Counted from the stretch's first letter, positions 1 through 11,511 are shown. The stretch is 64,000 nucleotides of DNA from Blattabacteriaceae bacterium (GCA_036390115.1 DASWCM010000003.1:101111-165110), one strand, 5' to 3'. A program made the numbers and translations. The notes: a model not told the origin generated them from the sequence alone.

Positions 1-356
1 CAGATCAACTTTCTTTTGAACTAGCTGCTAAAATAGGGTTTAAAGAATCTGCAAAAAATGCTAATCCTATTCTTTTAGAACCTATTATGAAGTTAGAAAT
101 TGTTTCACCCGAAGGGAATATTGGAGATATCGTCGGTGACATTAACCGACGTAGAGGAATAATGCAAGGCGTAGAAGATAAAAATAATACGAAGATAATC
201 AAAGCTAAAGTTCCTCTATCAGAAATGTTTGGTTATGTAACTTCTCTTCGTACACTTTCTTCTGGAAGAGCTATATCCACTATGGAATTTTCTCATTATG
301 AAAAGGTACCAACTAACATATCTGAAAAAATAATCGAAAAATCAAAAGTAAAATGA
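1..356 (+). CDS. fusA: Elongation factor G, C-terminal fragment (gene begins upstream of window)
   Basis: The frame is open from the window edge, in the phase of ORF 87..356. The translation ..LLEPIMKLEIVSPEGNIGDIVGDINRRRGIMQG..SEMFGYVTSLRTLSSGRA matches the EF-G C-terminal domains. It lies directly upstream of rpsJ. Confidence 0.88.
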   Translation, partial: DQLSFELAAKIGFKESAKNANPILLEPIMKLEIVSPEGNIGDIVGDINRRRGIMQGVEDKNNTKIIKAKVPLSEMFGYVTSLRTLSSGRAISTMEFSHYEKVPTNISEKIIEKSKVK

Positions 357-655
357 ATAAAAAAATTAAAATAAAATTGCAGTCATATGATCATATATTG
401 CTAGATAGATATGCTAATAAAATTTTAAAAACTGCATTATGTTCTGGATCTATTATTCATGGCCCTATTCCCTTACCTACTAAAAAAAAAATTTATACTG
501 TTTTGCGTTCTCCACATGTTAATAAAAAATCTAGGGAACAGTACTTATTGCCCAAACATAGGAGATATTTAGAAATAAACGCTAATTCAATAACTGTTGA
601 AGCTATGATGAAAATAGAATTGTATAGCGGGGTTGAACTTGAAATTAAAGTTTAA
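353..655 (+). CDS. rpsJ: 30S ribosomal protein S10
   Basis: 100 aa. KIKIKLQSYD..LD..A..I and RSPHVNKKSREQ are S10 hallmarks. First gene of the S10 operon. Confidence 0.95.
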   Translation: MNKKIKIKLQSYDHILLDRYANKILKTALCSGSIIHGPIPLPTKKKIYTVLRSPHVNKKSREQYLLPKHRRYLEINANSITVEAMMKIELYSGVELEIKV

Positions 656-675
656 GCATCTATTAATTTTTATTT

Positions 676-1305
676 ATGAAAAGTATAATAGGTAAAAACA
701 TTGGAATGACCAGTTTATTTGATGAACAAGGGAGAAACATCCCTTCTACAGTTATAGAAGCTGGTCCTTGCTCAATTATTCAGATAAAAACACTTGAAAA
801 AGACGGATATTCTTCGATCCAATTAGGATTTGAAGATAAAAAGAAAAAAAACATCAGTAAATCTTTACTGGGACATTTTAAAAAAGCAAATGTCTCTCCT
901 AAAAAAAAAATAGCAGAATTCTATGTAAATAAATGCGATAAATTAAGATTAGGAGAAAAAATTACTGTAAACTCCTTTAATGTAGGAGAATTTGTAGATG
1001 TAACTGGATTTTCCAAAGGAAGGGGCTTTCAAGGAGTTGTTAAGCGGCATGGTTTTTCTGGAGTGGGAGAAAGAACACACGGTCAACATAATAGACTTAG
1101 AGCTCCAGGATCTATTGGAGCAGGATCAGATCCTTCAAGGGTATTTAAGGGGGTTAGAATGTCTGGGAAAATGGGAAATAGAAGGGTTACAGTAAAAAAT
1201 CTCAGAATACTAAAAATAGACTTGGAAAAAAATCTTCTAATTGTTAAAGGTTCAGTACCTGGTACTAAATATTCCTACTTAATTATTAAAAAATATGGAG
1301 GTTAA
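676..1305 (+). CDS. rplC: 50S ribosomal protein L3
   Basis: 209 aa. [12 protein letters not shown] and [17 protein letters not shown] motifs; operon position. Confidence 0.95.
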   Translation: MKSIIGKNIGMTSLFDEQGRNIPSTVIEAGPCSIIQIKTLEKDGYSSIQLGFEDKKKKNISKSLLGHFKKANVSPKKKIAEFYVNKCDKLRLGEKITVNSFNVGEFVDVTGFSKGRGFQGVVKRHGFSGVGERTHGQHNRLRAPGSIGAGSDPSRVFKGVRMSGKMGNRRVTVKNLRILKIDLEKNLLIVKGSVPGTKYSYLIIKKYGG

Positions 1306-1927
1306 AGTTTTTGATATAACTGGAAAAGAAACAGGACGTAAAGTAATTTTGCAGGACCAGGTTTTTGGTATAAATCCTAATACTCATGCTATTAGCATGG
1401 AAATAAAGAGATATTTATCTGCACAACGTCAAGGTACTCATAAAACTAAAGAACGTAGTGAAGTTTCTGGAAGTACTAGGAAGTTACATCGTCAAAAAGG
1501 AACAGGAGGGTCTAGAAAAGGAGATATCAATAATCCTTTATTTAGAGGAGGAGGGAGAGTTTTTGGCCCTATTCCAAAGAAATACCTTTTTAAATTGAAT
1601 AAATCATTTAAAAAATTGGCTAAACGTTCTATACTAAGTCAAAGATTGAAAGAAGGTAAATTAAAAGTAATAGAAAATTTTTTATTAAAAAATCCAAAAA
1701 CTAAGCTATTTTTAGGGATATTGAGTTTACTCAATCTAAGGAAAAAAAAGGTTTTGATGGTTTATGGAAAACCAAATAAAAATTTATTTCTTTCTTCTAG
1801 AAATCTAGAAAAGATTAAATTAGCAACCTATAATGAGGTAAGCAGTTATGATCTGTTAAATGCTTCGAACATTTTATTCATGGAAGATTCACTTGAAGAA
1901 GTCCATAAAAATTTAATGGAAGTATGA
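1295..1927 (+). CDS. rplD: 50S ribosomal protein L4
   Basis: 210 aa. [17 protein letters not shown] start and [12 protein letters not shown] motif. Confidence 0.95.
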   Translation: MEVKVFDITGKETGRKVILQDQVFGINPNTHAISMEIKRYLSAQRQGTHKTKERSEVSGSTRKLHRQKGTGGSRKGDINNPLFRGGGRVFGPIPKKYLFKLNKSFKKLAKRSILSQRLKEGKLKVIENFLLKNPKTKLFLGILSLLNLRKKKVLMVYGKPNKNLFLSSRNLEKIKLATYNEVSSYDLLNASNILFMEDSLEEVHKNLMEV

Positions 1928-2142
1928 TATTAATTAAATATTGGATTACAGAGAAATCTGTATATAATTTAGGGGCTTTTTACACTTTCTTAGTAAATCC
2001 TAATTCTAACAAAATGAAAATTAAAAATGAAATATCCAACTTGTATAATGTTACTGTTAAGCGAGTAAGAACCATAGTATGTCGGAATAAAAGAAAAAAG
2101 GCTATAGTAGAGCTTAAAAAAGGAGAGATTCTTAATATCTAA
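1924..2142 (+). CDS. rplW: 50S ribosomal protein L23 (short, 72 aa)
   Basis: Sits between rplD and rplB. L23-like [29 protein letters not shown]. Shorter than typical L23. Confidence 0.85.
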   Translation: MILIKYWITEKSVYNLGAFYTFLVNPNSNKMKIKNEISNLYNVTVKRVRTIVCRNKRKKAIVELKKGEILNI

Positions 2143-2161
2143 AAAAAATAAAAAAAATAAT

Positions 2162-2974
2162 ATGTCAGTAAAAAGACTTAAACCAACGACTCCATCTCAG
2201 AGATTTAAAGTCTTGAATAGTTTTAAAGAAATCACTAGCTGGACTCCAGAAAAGTCTCTAACTAAAGGAATCCGAAAGAGGGGAGGGAGAAATAATTATG
2301 GGAAAATGACTATTCGTAATGTTGGGGGAGGGCATAAGAGAAAATATAGGAAGATTGATTATAAAAGAAATAAATTTGGAATTCCTGCGATAGTGAAATC
2401 TATTGAATATGATCCTAATAGATCTTCTTTTATATCTTTATTATTCTATGTTGATGGAGAAAAAAGGTATATTATTACTACGGAGGGTATCCATATTGGA
2501 CAAAAAGTCATCTCTGGAAAAGAGATTACCCCTAAATTAGGAAATGCTGTTCCTTTATCTAAAATAGCGCTTGGAGCGTTAATTTCTTGCATAGAATTAA
2601 ACCCTGGTAAAGGTGCAGTTATTGCTAGGAGTGCAGGTTCATATGCACAATTATCTGCTAAAGAAGGAAAATACGCAACTGTTAAATTACCTTCAGGTGA
2701 AATTAGAAGGATTCTTGCTTCTTGTCTGGCAACTATAGGTTCTGTATCTAACTCAGAACATCAGCTTGTTAAATCAGGAAAAGCAGGAAGATCACGTCAT
2801 TTAGGAAGGAGGCCTCGTGTAAGAGGCGTAGCAATGAATCCTGTGGATCACCCAATGGGTGGTGGAGAAGGTAAAGCTTCAGGTGGTCTTCCACGTAGTA
2901 GAAAGGGATTATACTCCAAAGGATTAAGAACCAGATCTATTCGATACCAAAAATATTTTACAAATAAAAAGTAA
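2162..2974 (+). CDS. rplB: 50S ribosomal protein L2
   Basis: 270 aa. GGGHKRKYR and [14 protein letters not shown] motifs. Confidence 0.97.
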   Translation: MSVKRLKPTTPSQRFKVLNSFKEITSWTPEKSLTKGIRKRGGRNNYGKMTIRNVGGGHKRKYRKIDYKRNKFGIPAIVKSIEYDPNRSSFISLLFYVDGEKRYIITTEGIHIGQKVISGKEITPKLGNAVPLSKIALGALISCIELNPGKGAVIARSAGSYAQLSAKEGKYATVKLPSGEIRRILASCLATIGSVSNSEHQLVKSGKAGRSRHLGRRPRVRGVAMNPVDHPMGGGEGKASGGLPRSRKGLYSKGLRTRSIRYQKYFTNKK

Positions 2975-2978
2975 GTAT

Positions 2979-3275
2979 ATGGCACGTTCTTTAAAAAAAG
3001 GTCCGTTTGTATTTTACAAACTAATAGAAAAAGTTCTTTCAAATAAGAAATCTGGAAAAAAAGTTTTGATCAAAACTTGGTCTAGATCTTCTACAATTAT
3101 TCCTGAATTTGTGGGTCAAACTTTTGCCGTGCATAATGGTAAAAAACATATACCCGTGTATATAACGGAGAACATGGTTGGCCATAAGTTAGGAGAGTTT
3201 TCTCCAACACGAGTATTTCGTGGTCATTCAGGATCAAAAACTAGAACTAGTAAGATGAAAAAATTAAAAAAATAA
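2979..3275 (+). CDS. rpsS: 30S ribosomal protein S19
   Basis: [11 protein letters not shown] start and [31 protein letters not shown]. Confidence 0.97.
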   Translation: MARSLKKGPFVFYKLIEKVLSNKKSGKKVLIKTWSRSSTIIPEFVGQTFAVHNGKKHIPVYITENMVGHKLGEFSPTRVFRGHSGSKTRTSKMKKLKK

Positions 3276-3277
3276 AA

Positions 3278-3670
3278 ATGGGCATTTTAAATAAAAAAAG
3301 TTCAGAAAAACGGAAGAAAAAAAAAATAGTATATGCTTCTTTGAGAAGTAATCCAATATCTCCTAGAAAAATGCGTGTTATGGCTGATCTTATTAGAGGT
3401 GTAGGAATAGAGAACGCTTTAAGCATTTTGGAATTCAATAAAAAAAAGGCCTCTTACTTTTTGAGGAAACTTTTGTTTTCAGCTTTAGCTAATTGGAAAA
3501 TGAAAAACAAAGACATTAGCGAAGAATATTTGTACGTTAAAGAAATTAAAGTGGATAATTCTTACTTTTTGAAAAGACTGCGCCCTGTTCCTCAGGGACA
3601 AGGCCACCAAATAAGAAAAAGGTTTAACCACGTTAGAGTTAAAATAGAAAATAGAAAATATGGGAAATAA
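3278..3670 (+). CDS. rplV: 50S ribosomal protein L22
   Basis: 130 aa. [15 protein letters not shown] motif; operon position. Confidence 0.93.
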   Translation: MGILNKKSSEKRKKKKIVYASLRSNPISPRKMRVMADLIRGVGIENALSILEFNKKKASYFLRKLLFSALANWKMKNKDISEEYLYVKEIKVDNSYFLKRLRPVPQGQGHQIRKRFNHVRVKIENRKYGK

Positions 3671-4328
3671 AACAAATCCTATATCTAATAGATTAGGTAT
3701 CATTTCTGGGTGGAAATCTAGTTGGTTTGGACGTTATCCAGAAAGAATACAAGAAGATTACAAAATAAGAAAACACATAGAAGCATCTTTATTAAAAGGA
3801 ATCGTTTCCCTCATTTACATAGAGAGGCGCCCTAAATTCCTAACCGTTACTATTTTTACTTCTCGTCCTTCTTTAGTTATAGGAAAAGGTGGAGAGGAAG
3901 TGGATAAGTTAAGAAGAGAGTTAAAAGTCATTACAAAAAAAAAATATATTCAAGTTAATATCCATGAAGTTAAACGGCCTGAGTTAGATGCTCGTTTAAT
4001 AGCTAAGAATGTTGCAAGTCAGATAGAGAAAAGAGTTTCGTTTAAGAAGGTAATTAAACAGGCCGTTTATGCCGCTATGCGAATTAGCGATGAGAATAAG
4101 GAGAATAGCGTGTATGGGATAAAAATTCAAGTTTCTGGACGTTTAAATGGAGCTGAAATTGCCCGTACTGAATCTTGCAAAGAGGGCAAAATTTCTCTTT
4201 CTACTTTCCGAATGGATATTGATTATGCTACAGCAGAAGCTCATACTACATATGGTAGAATAGGGATTAAAGTTTGGATAAATAAAGGGGAAGTTTATGG
4301 GAAAAGAGAATTTTCAACCATTAGCTAA
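3660..4328 (+). CDS. rpsC: 30S ribosomal protein S3
   Basis: [14 protein letters not shown] start, KH domain [11 protein letters not shown], and [13 protein letters not shown]. Confidence 0.96.
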   Translation: MGNKTNPISNRLGIISGWKSSWFGRYPERIQEDYKIRKHIEASLLKGIVSLIYIERRPKFLTVTIFTSRPSLVIGKGGEEVDKLRRELKVITKKKYIQVNIHEVKRPELDARLIAKNVASQIEKRVSFKKVIKQAVYAAMRISDENKENSVYGIKIQVSGRLNGAEIARTESCKEGKISLSTFRMDIDYATAEAHTTYGRIGIKVWINKGEVYGKREFSTIS

Positions 4329-4335
4329 TTGACTT

Positions 4336-4734
4336 ATGTTACAGCCTAACAAGACTAAATATAATAAAAAACAAAAAGGAAGGATAAAAGGAAAAGCAAT
4401 TAGGGGAACTCAACTTTCATATGGAATTTATGGTATTAAAGCGTTGAGGTTAACTTTGATAACCTCACGTCAAATAGAAGCTGCACGAATCGCTGCTACT
4501 AGATCTATGAAAAGAGAAGGAAAGTTAATCATTCGTATTTTCCCTGATAAACCAATGACAAAAAAGCCCCAAGAAGTTAGAATGGGGAAGGGGAAGGGAT
4601 CTGTAGAATTTTGGGCTGCAGTAGTTAAACCAGGTAGGATTATTTTCGAAGTTGATGGAGTTGATAGAACAACAGCTAAGGAAGCTCTTCGATTAGCCTC
4701 TCATAAATTACCTTTAAAAACTAAATTTATTTAA
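4336..4734 (+). CDS. rplP: 50S ribosomal protein L16
   Basis: [16 protein letters not shown] start and [24 protein letters not shown]. Confidence 0.96.
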   Translation: MLQPNKTKYNKKQKGRIKGKAIRGTQLSYGIYGIKALRLTLITSRQIEAARIAATRSMKREGKLIIRIFPDKPMTKKPQEVRMGKGKGSVEFWAAVVKPGRIIFEVDGVDRTTAKEALRLASHKLPLKTKFI

Positions 4735-4745
4735 CATTTTAAAAT

Positions 4746-5021
4746 ATGAAAAGAAATTCTAGAAAAGAAAGAATAGGGATAGTTTTAAAAAATAGAATGA
4801 ATAAGACTATCATAGTTTATGATGAGAAAAGGGTTCCCCATACCAGATATGGAAAAGGTATTTTTAAAACAAAAAAATACACTGTACATGATGAAGAAAA
4901 TAGTGCTAATAAGAATGATATTGTCAGAATTATGGAAACTAGACCTCTTAGCAAAAAAAAACGTTGGAGATTAATAAAAATTGAGAAAAAATGTTACAAC
5001 AAGAATCTAGACTTAGAGTAG
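4746..5021 (+). CDS. rpsQ: 30S ribosomal protein S17 (3' end runs 31 nt into rplN)
   Basis: [24 protein letters not shown] and [14 protein letters not shown]. It follows rplP with only 11 nt of spacer. Confidence 0.93.
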   Translation: MKRNSRKERIGIVLKNRMNKTIIVYDEKRVPHTRYGKGIFKTKKYTVHDEENSANKNDIVRIMETRPLSKKKRWRLIKIEKKCYNKNLDLE

Positions 5022-5359
5022 CAGATAATACAGGAGCTAAGATTGCGTTAATTATTCGTGTATTAGGGGGAAGTAAAAAAAGATATGCCTCTATAGGAGA
5101 TTCCATCATTGTTTCTGTGAAAGAAGCTTCTACTAAAGGAAGTGTAAAAGAAGGGCAGGTTTCTAAAGCTGTAATTGTTAGGATTAAAGAAAAAATACGA
5201 AGAAGTGATGGATCTTACATTAACTTCGATGATAATGCATGCATACTTTTACATGCTTCAGGCGAAATGCGAGGAACTCGCGTATTTGGACCAGTAGCTA
5301 GAGAATTAAGGAAAAAAGAATATATGAAAATTATTTCCCTAGCTACAGAAGTCTTTTGA
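4991..5359 (+). CDS. rplN: 50S ribosomal protein L14
   Basis: [17 protein letters not shown] start; 122 aa. Confidence 0.97.
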   Translation: MLQQESRLRVADNTGAKIALIIRVLGGSKKRYASIGDSIIVSVKEASTKGSVKEGQVSKAVIVRIKEKIRRSDGSYINFDDNACILLHASGEMRGTRVFGPVARELRKKEYMKIISLATEVF

Positions 5360-5375
5360 CTAAAAAATATTTTCA

Positions 5376-5924
5376 ATGAACTATTTTCCAAGACTTAAGA
5401 TCTTATACGAGGAAAAAATTATCCCCCTTTTAATGGAAGAGTTTGGGTATCGTTCTTTGATGGAAGCCCCAAGAGTTAAAAAGGTGGTTCTTAATCAAGG
5501 ACTCGGAGCATCTATTTATGATAAAAAAATTTTGGAACATGCTTTAAAAGAAATTACAGCGATAGCTGGACAAAAATCAGTTCCTTGTTTATCTAAACGG
5601 GATGAGTCTGGTTTTAAATTACGAAAAAATGTTCCAATAGGGTGTAAAGTTACTTTGCGTCATCTTAAAATGTATGAATTTATAGATAGGTTAATTACGG
5701 TAGCTTTGCCAAGGATTCGAGACTTTAACGGAGTTAAAACTATATTTGACGGAAAAGGAAATTATAACATGGGAATTTTAGAACAAATTATTTTTCCAGA
5801 AATAGATATTGATCATATTAAGAGAATATCAGGAATGAATATTACTTTTGTAACTTCTGCTAAAAGCGATAAAGAGGCAAGGTTTTTATTGTCTTTTTTG
5901 GGTATTCCTTTTAAAAAAAAATAA
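5376..5924 (+). CDS. rplE: 50S ribosomal protein L5
   Basis: 182 aa. PRIRDFNG and [17 protein letters not shown] motifs. Confidence 0.96.
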   Translation: MNYFPRLKILYEEKIIPLLMEEFGYRSLMEAPRVKKVVLNQGLGASIYDKKILEHALKEITAIAGQKSVPCLSKRDESGFKLRKNVPIGCKVTLRHLKMYEFIDRLITVALPRIRDFNGVKTIFDGKGNYNMGILEQIIFPEIDIDHIKRISGMNITFVTSAKSDKEARFLLSFLGIPFKKK

Positions 5925-5928
5925 TCTT

Positions 5929-6198
5929 ATGGCAAAAGAATCTGTGAAAGCAAGACAAAGAAAAAGAGAAAAAATTGTGCAAAAGTATGCTAAAAAACGT
6001 AAAATATTAAAAAAATCTATGAATTATGAAGGATTGCAGCGGTTGCCAAAAAATGCTTCTCCTGTTCGATTATGTAATCGATGTAGTATTTCTGGTAGAA
6101 AAAGGGGGTATATGAGGGATTTTGGTATTTCTCGTATAAAATTTAGGGAATTAGCATCTCAGGGATTTATTCCTGGAGTTAGAAAGGCCAGTTGGTAA
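5929..6198 (+). CDS. rpsN: 30S ribosomal protein S14
   Basis: [15 protein letters not shown] start and C-terminal [18 protein letters not shown]. Confidence 0.96.
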   Translation: MAKESVKARQRKREKIVQKYAKKRKILKKSMNYEGLQRLPKNASPVRLCNRCSISGRKRGYMRDFGISRIKFRELASQGFIPGVRKASW

Positions 6199-6214
6199 AT
6201 TTAAAAAAAAAAAT

Positions 6215-6616
6215 ATGAATATAGATCCTATATCTGATTATTTAACCTGCATAAGGAATGCATATAAAGCTGGACATAGGATAGTCTCTATTCCTTCATC
6301 CAAGATGAAGAAGGAAATAACTAAGATTTTATTTTATCAAGGATATATTTCTGGATATAAATTTGAAGATGAGATAAAACCTATAAGGAAGATAAAAATT
6401 TATCTTAAATATGACCGAGTTACAAACAACCCCATTATAAAGTCTCTAAAGAGAGTAAGTAAGTCTGGGTTGAGAAAATATTGCGGTGCTGATAATTTAC
6501 CTCGTGTTTTGAATGGATTGGGTTTAGCTATCCTTTCGACTTCGAAAGGAATAATGACCAATAAAGAAGCCAAAAAAATAAACATAGGGGGGGAAATTAT
6601 ATGTTATATTTATTGA
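6215..6616 (+). CDS. rpsH: 30S ribosomal protein S8
   Basis: DPISDYLTCIRNA start and GLAILSTSKGIMTNKEAKK..GGEIICYIY end. Confidence 0.96.
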   Translation: MNIDPISDYLTCIRNAYKAGHRIVSIPSSKMKKEITKILFYQGYISGYKFEDEIKPIRKIKIYLKYDRVTNNPIIKSLKRVSKSGLRKYCGADNLPRVLNGLGLAILSTSKGIMTNKEAKKINIGGEIICYIY

Positions 6617-6628
6617 AATGAATCTCTA

Positions 6629-7174
6629 ATGTCTAGAATTGGTAAGCTTCCTATTACACTTCCAAAGGGAGTTATTGTAAAAATAGAGGAAGAGAGAATA
6701 AAGGTTATAGGAAAATTAGGAGAATTATCTAAAGAGATTCCTAATAATCTTCAATTAAGTATTGAAGGAGAAATGTTGTTGGTTAGAAGGTTCAGCAATA
6801 ACAAAAAGGATCGTGCATTTCATGGTTTATTTCGTGCACTTGTAAATAATATGATAATAGGCGTTAAGGAAGGATTTAAAAAAGAACTTGAATTAGTTGG
6901 AGTCGGATACAGAGCCTCTGCTAGAGAGAATATTCTGGAATTAAATTTGGGTTTTTCTCACAATATTATCATCAAATATCCTTCTGAAATAAAAATAGAA
7001 GCTTTAACTGAAAAAGGTAGAAATCCTTTTATTATTCTTACATCTTATGACAAACAACTTCTTGGAATAGTTTCTTCTAAAATTCGTTCCCTTAGAAAAC
7101 CTGAACCATACAAAGGAAAAGGAATAAGATATGTTGGAGAAATTATTCTAAGAAAAACTGGAAAATCAGCTTAA
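6629..7174 (+). CDS. rplF: 50S ribosomal protein L6
   Basis: MSRIGKLPITLPKGV start and PEPYKGKGIRY motif. Confidence 0.96.
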   Translation: MSRIGKLPITLPKGVIVKIEEERIKVIGKLGELSKEIPNNLQLSIEGEMLLVRRFSNNKKDRAFHGLFRALVNNMIIGVKEGFKKELELVGVGYRASARENILELNLGFSHNIIIKYPSEIKIEALTEKGRNPFIILTSYDKQLLGIVSSKIRSLRKPEPYKGKGIRYVGEIILRKTGKSA

Positions 7175-7177
7175 ATA

Positions 7178-7513
7178 ATGAAAAAGAAAAGTATAAAAAA
7201 TATAATTAGAAAGATTTTTGGAACTGCCGAAAGGCCAAGGATTTCTGTATTTAAAAGTAATAAAGAAATTTATGCTCAAATTATAGACGATATGAAAGGA
7301 ATAACTTTGATATCTGCTTCTTCAAGGGAAAAATGTTTTACATCATTAAATGGAACAAAAGTCTTCTTAGCTGGAGAAGTTGGGAAAGGTTTAGGGGAAA
7401 AAGCTAAAAAGTTTGGACTTGTAAAAGTAGTTTTTGATAGAAACGGATATAAATATCACGGAAGGATAAAATCTCTAGCTGAAGGAGCTAGAGAAATGGG
7501 ATTGGATTTTTGA
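7178..7513 (+). CDS. rplR: 50S ribosomal protein L18
   Basis: [20 protein letters not shown] and [21 protein letters not shown]. Confidence 0.95.
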   Translation: MKKKSIKNIIRKIFGTAERPRISVFKSNKEIYAQIIDDMKGITLISASSREKCFTSLNGTKVFLAGEVGKGLGEKAKKFGLVKVVFDRNGYKYHGRIKSLAEGAREMGLDF

Positions 7514-8004
7514 ATATGCCATTTGAGTTTAAAGAAAGGTTAATTTCAGTAAAAAGAATATGTAAAGTAACTAAAGGGAGAAGATGTTTCAGTTTTAATG
7601 CTATTGTAGTTAGGGGAAATGGAAATGGAACTGTGGGATATGGTTTTGGAAAATCTAAAGAAGTTTCTGATGCTATTTATAAAGCTGGGGAAAATGCTAA
7701 AAAAAACCTGGTAAAAATCACCAGAATATCTATGGGGACAATCCCACATGAACAAGAAGCCAAATTTGGAGGGGTAAGAATTTTTCTTAAACCAGCTTCT
7801 ACAGGAACAGGAATACTTTCAAGCAGATCAATAAGAGCTGTTTTTGAATTAGCTGGAATTACAAATATCTTATCTAAATCTAAGGGTTCTTCGAATCCTT
7901 GCAATATGGTTAAAGCAGCTATAAAAGCCTTAGTTAAAATGAGAAGTGCTTCTGAAATTTCTAAGGGAAGGGGTATATCTATCGATAAAATGTACAATGG
8001 ATAG
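7510..8004 (+). CDS. rpsE: 30S ribosomal protein S5
   Basis: [39 protein letters not shown] is an S5 dsRBD-like signature. Confidence 0.96.
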   Translation: MNMPFEFKERLISVKRICKVTKGRRCFSFNAIVVRGNGNGTVGYGFGKSKEVSDAIYKAGENAKKNLVKITRISMGTIPHEQEAKFGGVRIFLKPASTGTGILSSRSIRAVFELAGITNILSKSKGSSNPCNMVKAAIKALVKMRSASEISKGRGISIDKMYNG

Positions 8005-8023
8005 TTTTTTAACTGTAAAAATT

Positions 8024-8482
8024 ATGAATTTAAGTAGTTTAAACCAAAGCAATAGAAAAAATAAAAAAAAAAGGCTTGGAAGAGGCCAAGGTTCTGGAAA
8101 AGGGGGAACATGTACTAGAGGCCATAAAGGAGCAAAGTCACGTTCAGGAAATTCTAGAAAATTAGGCTTCGAAGGAGGGCAGATGCCCTTGCATAGGAGA
8201 ATACCAAAAGTAGGATTTAAAAAAATTTCTAAAAAAAAGTCTACCGTAATTAATATAGATTTTTTACAGTACCTGGTAGATCAAGGAAGAATTAAGGAAG
8301 GGAAAAACGTATCGAAAAATGTTTTATTAGATTATGGAATAATAGGAAAAAATGATTTTATTAAAATTTTGGGTAGAGGTGAATTAAATGTAAGACTTAC
8401 AATATCAGCACATAAGTTTAGTCATAAAGCTGGAACAGCTATTAAAATTTATGGAGGAAAAATTCTATTTGACAATGTTTGA
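8024..8482 (+). CDS. rplO: 50S ribosomal protein L15
   Basis: I take the internal Met of ORF 7946..8482 as the start: MNLSSLNQSNRKNKKKRLGRGQGSGKGGT is the typical L15 N-terminus. The ATG at 8024 was verified in the sequence. Confidence 0.92.
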   Translation: MNLSSLNQSNRKNKKKRLGRGQGSGKGGTCTRGHKGAKSRSGNSRKLGFEGGQMPLHRRIPKVGFKKISKKKSTVINIDFLQYLVDQGRIKEGKNVSKNVLLDYGIIGKNDFIKILGRGELNVRLTISAHKFSHKAGTAIKIYGGKILFDNV

Positions 8483-9815
8483 ATACTTTTTCAGTTCTAT
8501 TAAAAAGATTTGTAAAATAGAGGATCTCCGCTTTAAGATAGGAATAACTTTAGGGTTTCTTCTAGTTTACAGATTTAGTTCTTATGTTCCACTTCCTGGA
8601 ATAAATCCACAAGGAGTTATTCATTTTATGGAAAATGGAAATACTGGGGAAAAAGGGCTACTGCAAATTATCTATTCGTTTTCTGGAGTAGCTTTTAGTA
8701 GAGCATCTGTTTTGGCTTTAGGAATTATGCCTTTTATATCTTCCTCCATTTTTGTACATTTAATTTCTTTAATTTTTCCTTCTCTTAAAAAAGATGGGGA
8801 GAGTGGCCGAATTAATAGGATTATACGGATGGTAACAATAATAGCTTGTTTTATACAAGCTCCCACTTATTGTGATATTCTTACCACAAAATTTATTCCT
8901 TTTTCCTATGCACCTAAAGCTTATCTCTTGGATCTTTCTATTTCTATGGAAAAAGTTTTTTTTTGGGTTATTTCTATCGTAGTTCTTACAGTTGGCACAT
9001 TTTTCACTATTTGGATAGGGGAAAATATTACGGATAAAGGAATAGGAAATGGGGTTTCTTTGATTATTATGTCTGGTATTGTGGACCGATTTCCTAACGC
9101 TCTTTATACTGAAATAGTTAGTCATTTAGGAGCAAGGGGAGGATTATTTTTTTTGTTTTTTGAATGTTTGTTATGGTTGCTGGTTGTTTGCTTTTGCGTA
9201 ACGTTGATACAGGCTGTAAGGAAAGTCCCCGTTCAATACGTTGGTCGAATTGAACAGAATTCTATACGTTTAATGACTAGACATTATATACCATTAAAGG
9301 TCATTAGTGTAGGCGTTATGCCAATTATATTTGCTCAGTCTATTATGCTTTTTACGATGATTCTTTCTGCTAATTTAAGAGAAACATTTAAAAATGTTTA
9401 TGGGTTTTGGTATAATTTAGTCTTTTCTATTTTTATTATATTTTTTACATTTTTTTATACAGCTGTTACGATTCCAGTTCATCAGATTGCAGATGATCTT
9501 AAAAGGGATGGAGGACATATTCCCAAAGTGAAACCTGGGAAAGAAACTTTGGATTATTTGGATTATATTTTGGCAGTAGTAACTATTCCTGGATCATTTT
9601 TACTAGTTATTATTGCTATACTCCCTTCTTTTATTGTTAAAATAGGGGTTACTAATAATTTAGCTTTATTCTATGGTGGGACTTCCCTACTAATCATAGT
9701 AGGATCTCTTTTAGATACCATGCAGCAGATTGATCCCTATTTTTTAAATGATCATTATGATCATCTTCTTAGCTTGTATCATCAAAAATTATGGATAGGA
9801 ATAAAGAATACATAG
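8475..9815 (+). CDS. secY: Preprotein translocase subunit SecY
   Basis: Multi-pass membrane protein with [34 protein letters not shown] and [10 protein letters not shown] motifs. The start at ATG 8475 is preferred over 8451. It follows rplO. Confidence 0.93.
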   Translation: MFEYFFSSIKKICKIEDLRFKIGITLGFLLVYRFSSYVPLPGINPQGVIHFMENGNTGEKGLLQIIYSFSGVAFSRASVLALGIMPFISSSIFVHLISLIFPSLKKDGESGRINRIIRMVTIIACFIQAPTYCDILTTKFIPFSYAPKAYLLDLSISMEKVFFWVISIVVLTVGTFFTIWIGENITDKGIGNGVSLIIMSGIVDRFPNALYTEIVSHLGARGGLFFLFFECLLWLLVVCFCVTLIQAVRKVPVQYVGRIEQNSIRLMTRHYIPLKVISVGVMPIIFAQSIMLFTMILSANLRETFKNVYGFWYNLVFSIFIIFFTFFYTAVTIPVHQIADDLKRDGGHIPKVKPGKETLDYLDYILAVVTIPGSFLLVIIAILPSFIVKIGVTNNLALFYGGTSLLIIVGSLLDTMQQIDPYFLNDHYDHLLSLYHQKLWIGIKNT

Positions 9816-10009
9816 AAATTGACGGAAAAATTATTGAATCTCTCCCTAACGCAATGTTTCGCGTTGCGTTGGAAAATAAATCAATAATAACTGCTTATAT
9901 TTCAGGAAAAATGAGAATGCATTATATAAAGTTATACCCAGGTGATAAAGTGAAACTTGAAATTTCTGCTTATGATTTAAGCAAAGCTAGAATAAAGTAT
10001 AGATATTGA
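9791..10009 (+). CDS. infA: Translation initiation factor IF-1
   Basis: 72 aa. [45 protein letters not shown]. Confidence 0.96.
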   Translation: MDRNKEYIEIDGKIIESLPNAMFRVALENKSIITAYISGKMRMHYIKLYPGDKVKLEISAYDLSKARIKYRY

Positions 10010-10010
10010 A

Positions 10011-10127
10011 ATGAAAGTAAGAACATCATTAAAAAAAAGAAGCGATGATTGTAAATTCGTTAAACGAAAAGGGTGTCTACGAATAATCAATAAAAAAAAT
10101 CCTAAATTTAAACAAAAACAAGGTTAA
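10011..10127 (+). CDS. rpmJ: 50S ribosomal protein L36
   Basis: Absent from the ORF track because it is under 60 aa. My translation is [38 protein letters not shown], 38 aa, between infA and rpsM. Confidence 0.92.
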   Translation: MKVRTSLKKRSDDCKFVKRKGCLRIINKKNPKFKQKQG

Positions 10128-10129
10128 AG

Positions 10130-10507
10130 ATGGCTAGAATTTCAGGGGTAGATTTACCGAAAAACAAAAGGGGGATTATAGGATTAACCTATATCTATGG
10201 AATAGGAAAAAGTACAGCTAGAAAAATTTTAGCTAGGATAAACATTGATGAGAATATTAAGGTGAAAGATTGGTCAAATGACCAAATTAACCGTATTAGA
10301 ACCCATATTCTTAATCTGGTTAAGGTGGAAGGGGAATTACGTTCATATAATCAGATGAACATAAAAAGACTTATTGACATAAGATGTCGTAGAGGTATTA
10401 GGCATAAACTAGGTTTATCAGTTAGAGGTCAACGAACAAAAAATAATTGTCGAACTAGAAAAGGTAAGAGAAAAACTGTAGCCAATAAGAAAAAAGCTTT
10501 CAAGTAG
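10130..10507 (+). CDS. rpsM: 30S ribosomal protein S13
   Basis: [14 protein letters not shown] start and [19 protein letters not shown]. Confidence 0.96.
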   Translation: MARISGVDLPKNKRGIIGLTYIYGIGKSTARKILARINIDENIKVKDWSNDQINRIRTHILNLVKVEGELRSYNQMNIKRLIDIRCRRGIRHKLGLSVRGQRTKNNCRTRKGKRKTVANKKKAFK

Positions 10508-10511
10508 AATT

Positions 10512-10883
10512 ATGAAAAAAAATAAAAAAGTTATTGTAGATTATGTTGGAGAGGCTCATATAAAGTCTACTTTTAATAATATTATCATTACTCTTACGAA
10601 TAAAAAAGGAGACGTTATTGCATGGGCTTCAGCTGGTAGAATAGGATTTAGGGGGGCAAAAAAAAATACTCCTTATGCGGCTAAAATTACAGCAGAAACC
10701 GTAGCCAAAGAAGGTATGGAATATGGATTAAAAAAAATCGACGTAATTATACAAGGCCCAGGTATTGGTAGAGATTCAGCTCTACGTGCATTAAGCAATA
10801 CAGGTATGAAAATCCTGGCAATTAGAGATGTAACTCCATTACCCCATAATGGATGTCGTCCTCCTAAAAAAAGAAGAGTTTAA
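10512..10883 (+). CDS. rpsK: 30S ribosomal protein S11
   Basis: [28 protein letters not shown] and [15 protein letters not shown]. Confidence 0.96.
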   Translation: MKKNKKVIVDYVGEAHIKSTFNNIIITLTNKKGDVIAWASAGRIGFRGAKKNTPYAAKITAETVAKEGMEYGLKKIDVIIQGPGIGRDSALRALSNTGMKILAIRDVTPLPHNGCRPPKKRRV

Positions 10884-10893
10884 TTTAACAGTT

Positions 10894-11511
10894 ATGGCAA
10901 AATACATAGGACCTAGAGGAAAAATTGAACGAAAATTTGGAGAACCCTTATATGGTAAAACTAAAGCTTTTAGCAGAAAAAAATATCCTCCAGGCCAACA
11001 TGGCTTAAATAGAAAAAAAATAGGAATCGTAAAAAGATCGGAATATTCTATTCAGTTATCTGAAAAACAGAAAGTGAAGCATATATATGGTATATTAGAA
11101 CGGCAGTTTTTCAATATGTTTGAAAAAGCTTCTAAAAAAAAAGGTGTTACTGGTGAATTACTCTTGCAGAGTTGTGAATCTCGTTTAGACAATGTGGTCT
11201 ATAGACTTGGATTGGCTCCTTCAAGAGCTTCAGCTCGTCAATTAGTTTCTCATAGACACATTATGGTGGATGATAGAATAGTAAATATACCCTCTTATAG
11301 CCTAAAACCTAGAGATACTATAAAAGTTAGAGAAAAATCTAAAAAACATCCAATAATTCATAAATCTCTAAGTATGAGAACTCATCCTATAAATGATTGG
11401 TTGTTTTGGGATAGCAAAAAAATGACGGGGATTTTTCAAAGTATACCTAGAAGGGAACAGATTCCAGAAAATATTAAAGAACAATTAATTGTTGAACTTT
11501 TTTCCAAATAA
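10894..11511 (+). CDS. rpsD: 30S ribosomal protein S4
   Basis: I take the internal Met of ORF 10849..11511 as the start ([16 protein letters not shown]). S4 domain: [27 protein letters not shown]. Confidence 0.94.
   Translation: MAKYIGPRGKIERKFGEPLYGKTKAFSRKKYPPGQHGLNRKKIGIVKRSEYSIQLSEKQKVKHIYGILERQFFNMFEKASKKKGVTGELLLQSCESRLDNVVYRLGLAPSRASARQLVSHRHIMVDDRIVNIPSYSLKPRDTIKVREKSKKHPIIHKSLSMRTHPINDWLFWDSKKMTGIFQSIPRREQIPENIKEQLIVELFSK

Noticed and set aside
7546-9125. Antisense ORFs inside rpsE and secY (7546..7755, 7677..7997, 8672..8866, 8769..9125, all minus)
   Set aside because: They lie fully inside strongly supported genes on the other strand. They have low-complexity, AT-biased composition with no recognisable motifs, as is typical of long spurious ORFs in AT-rich DNA.
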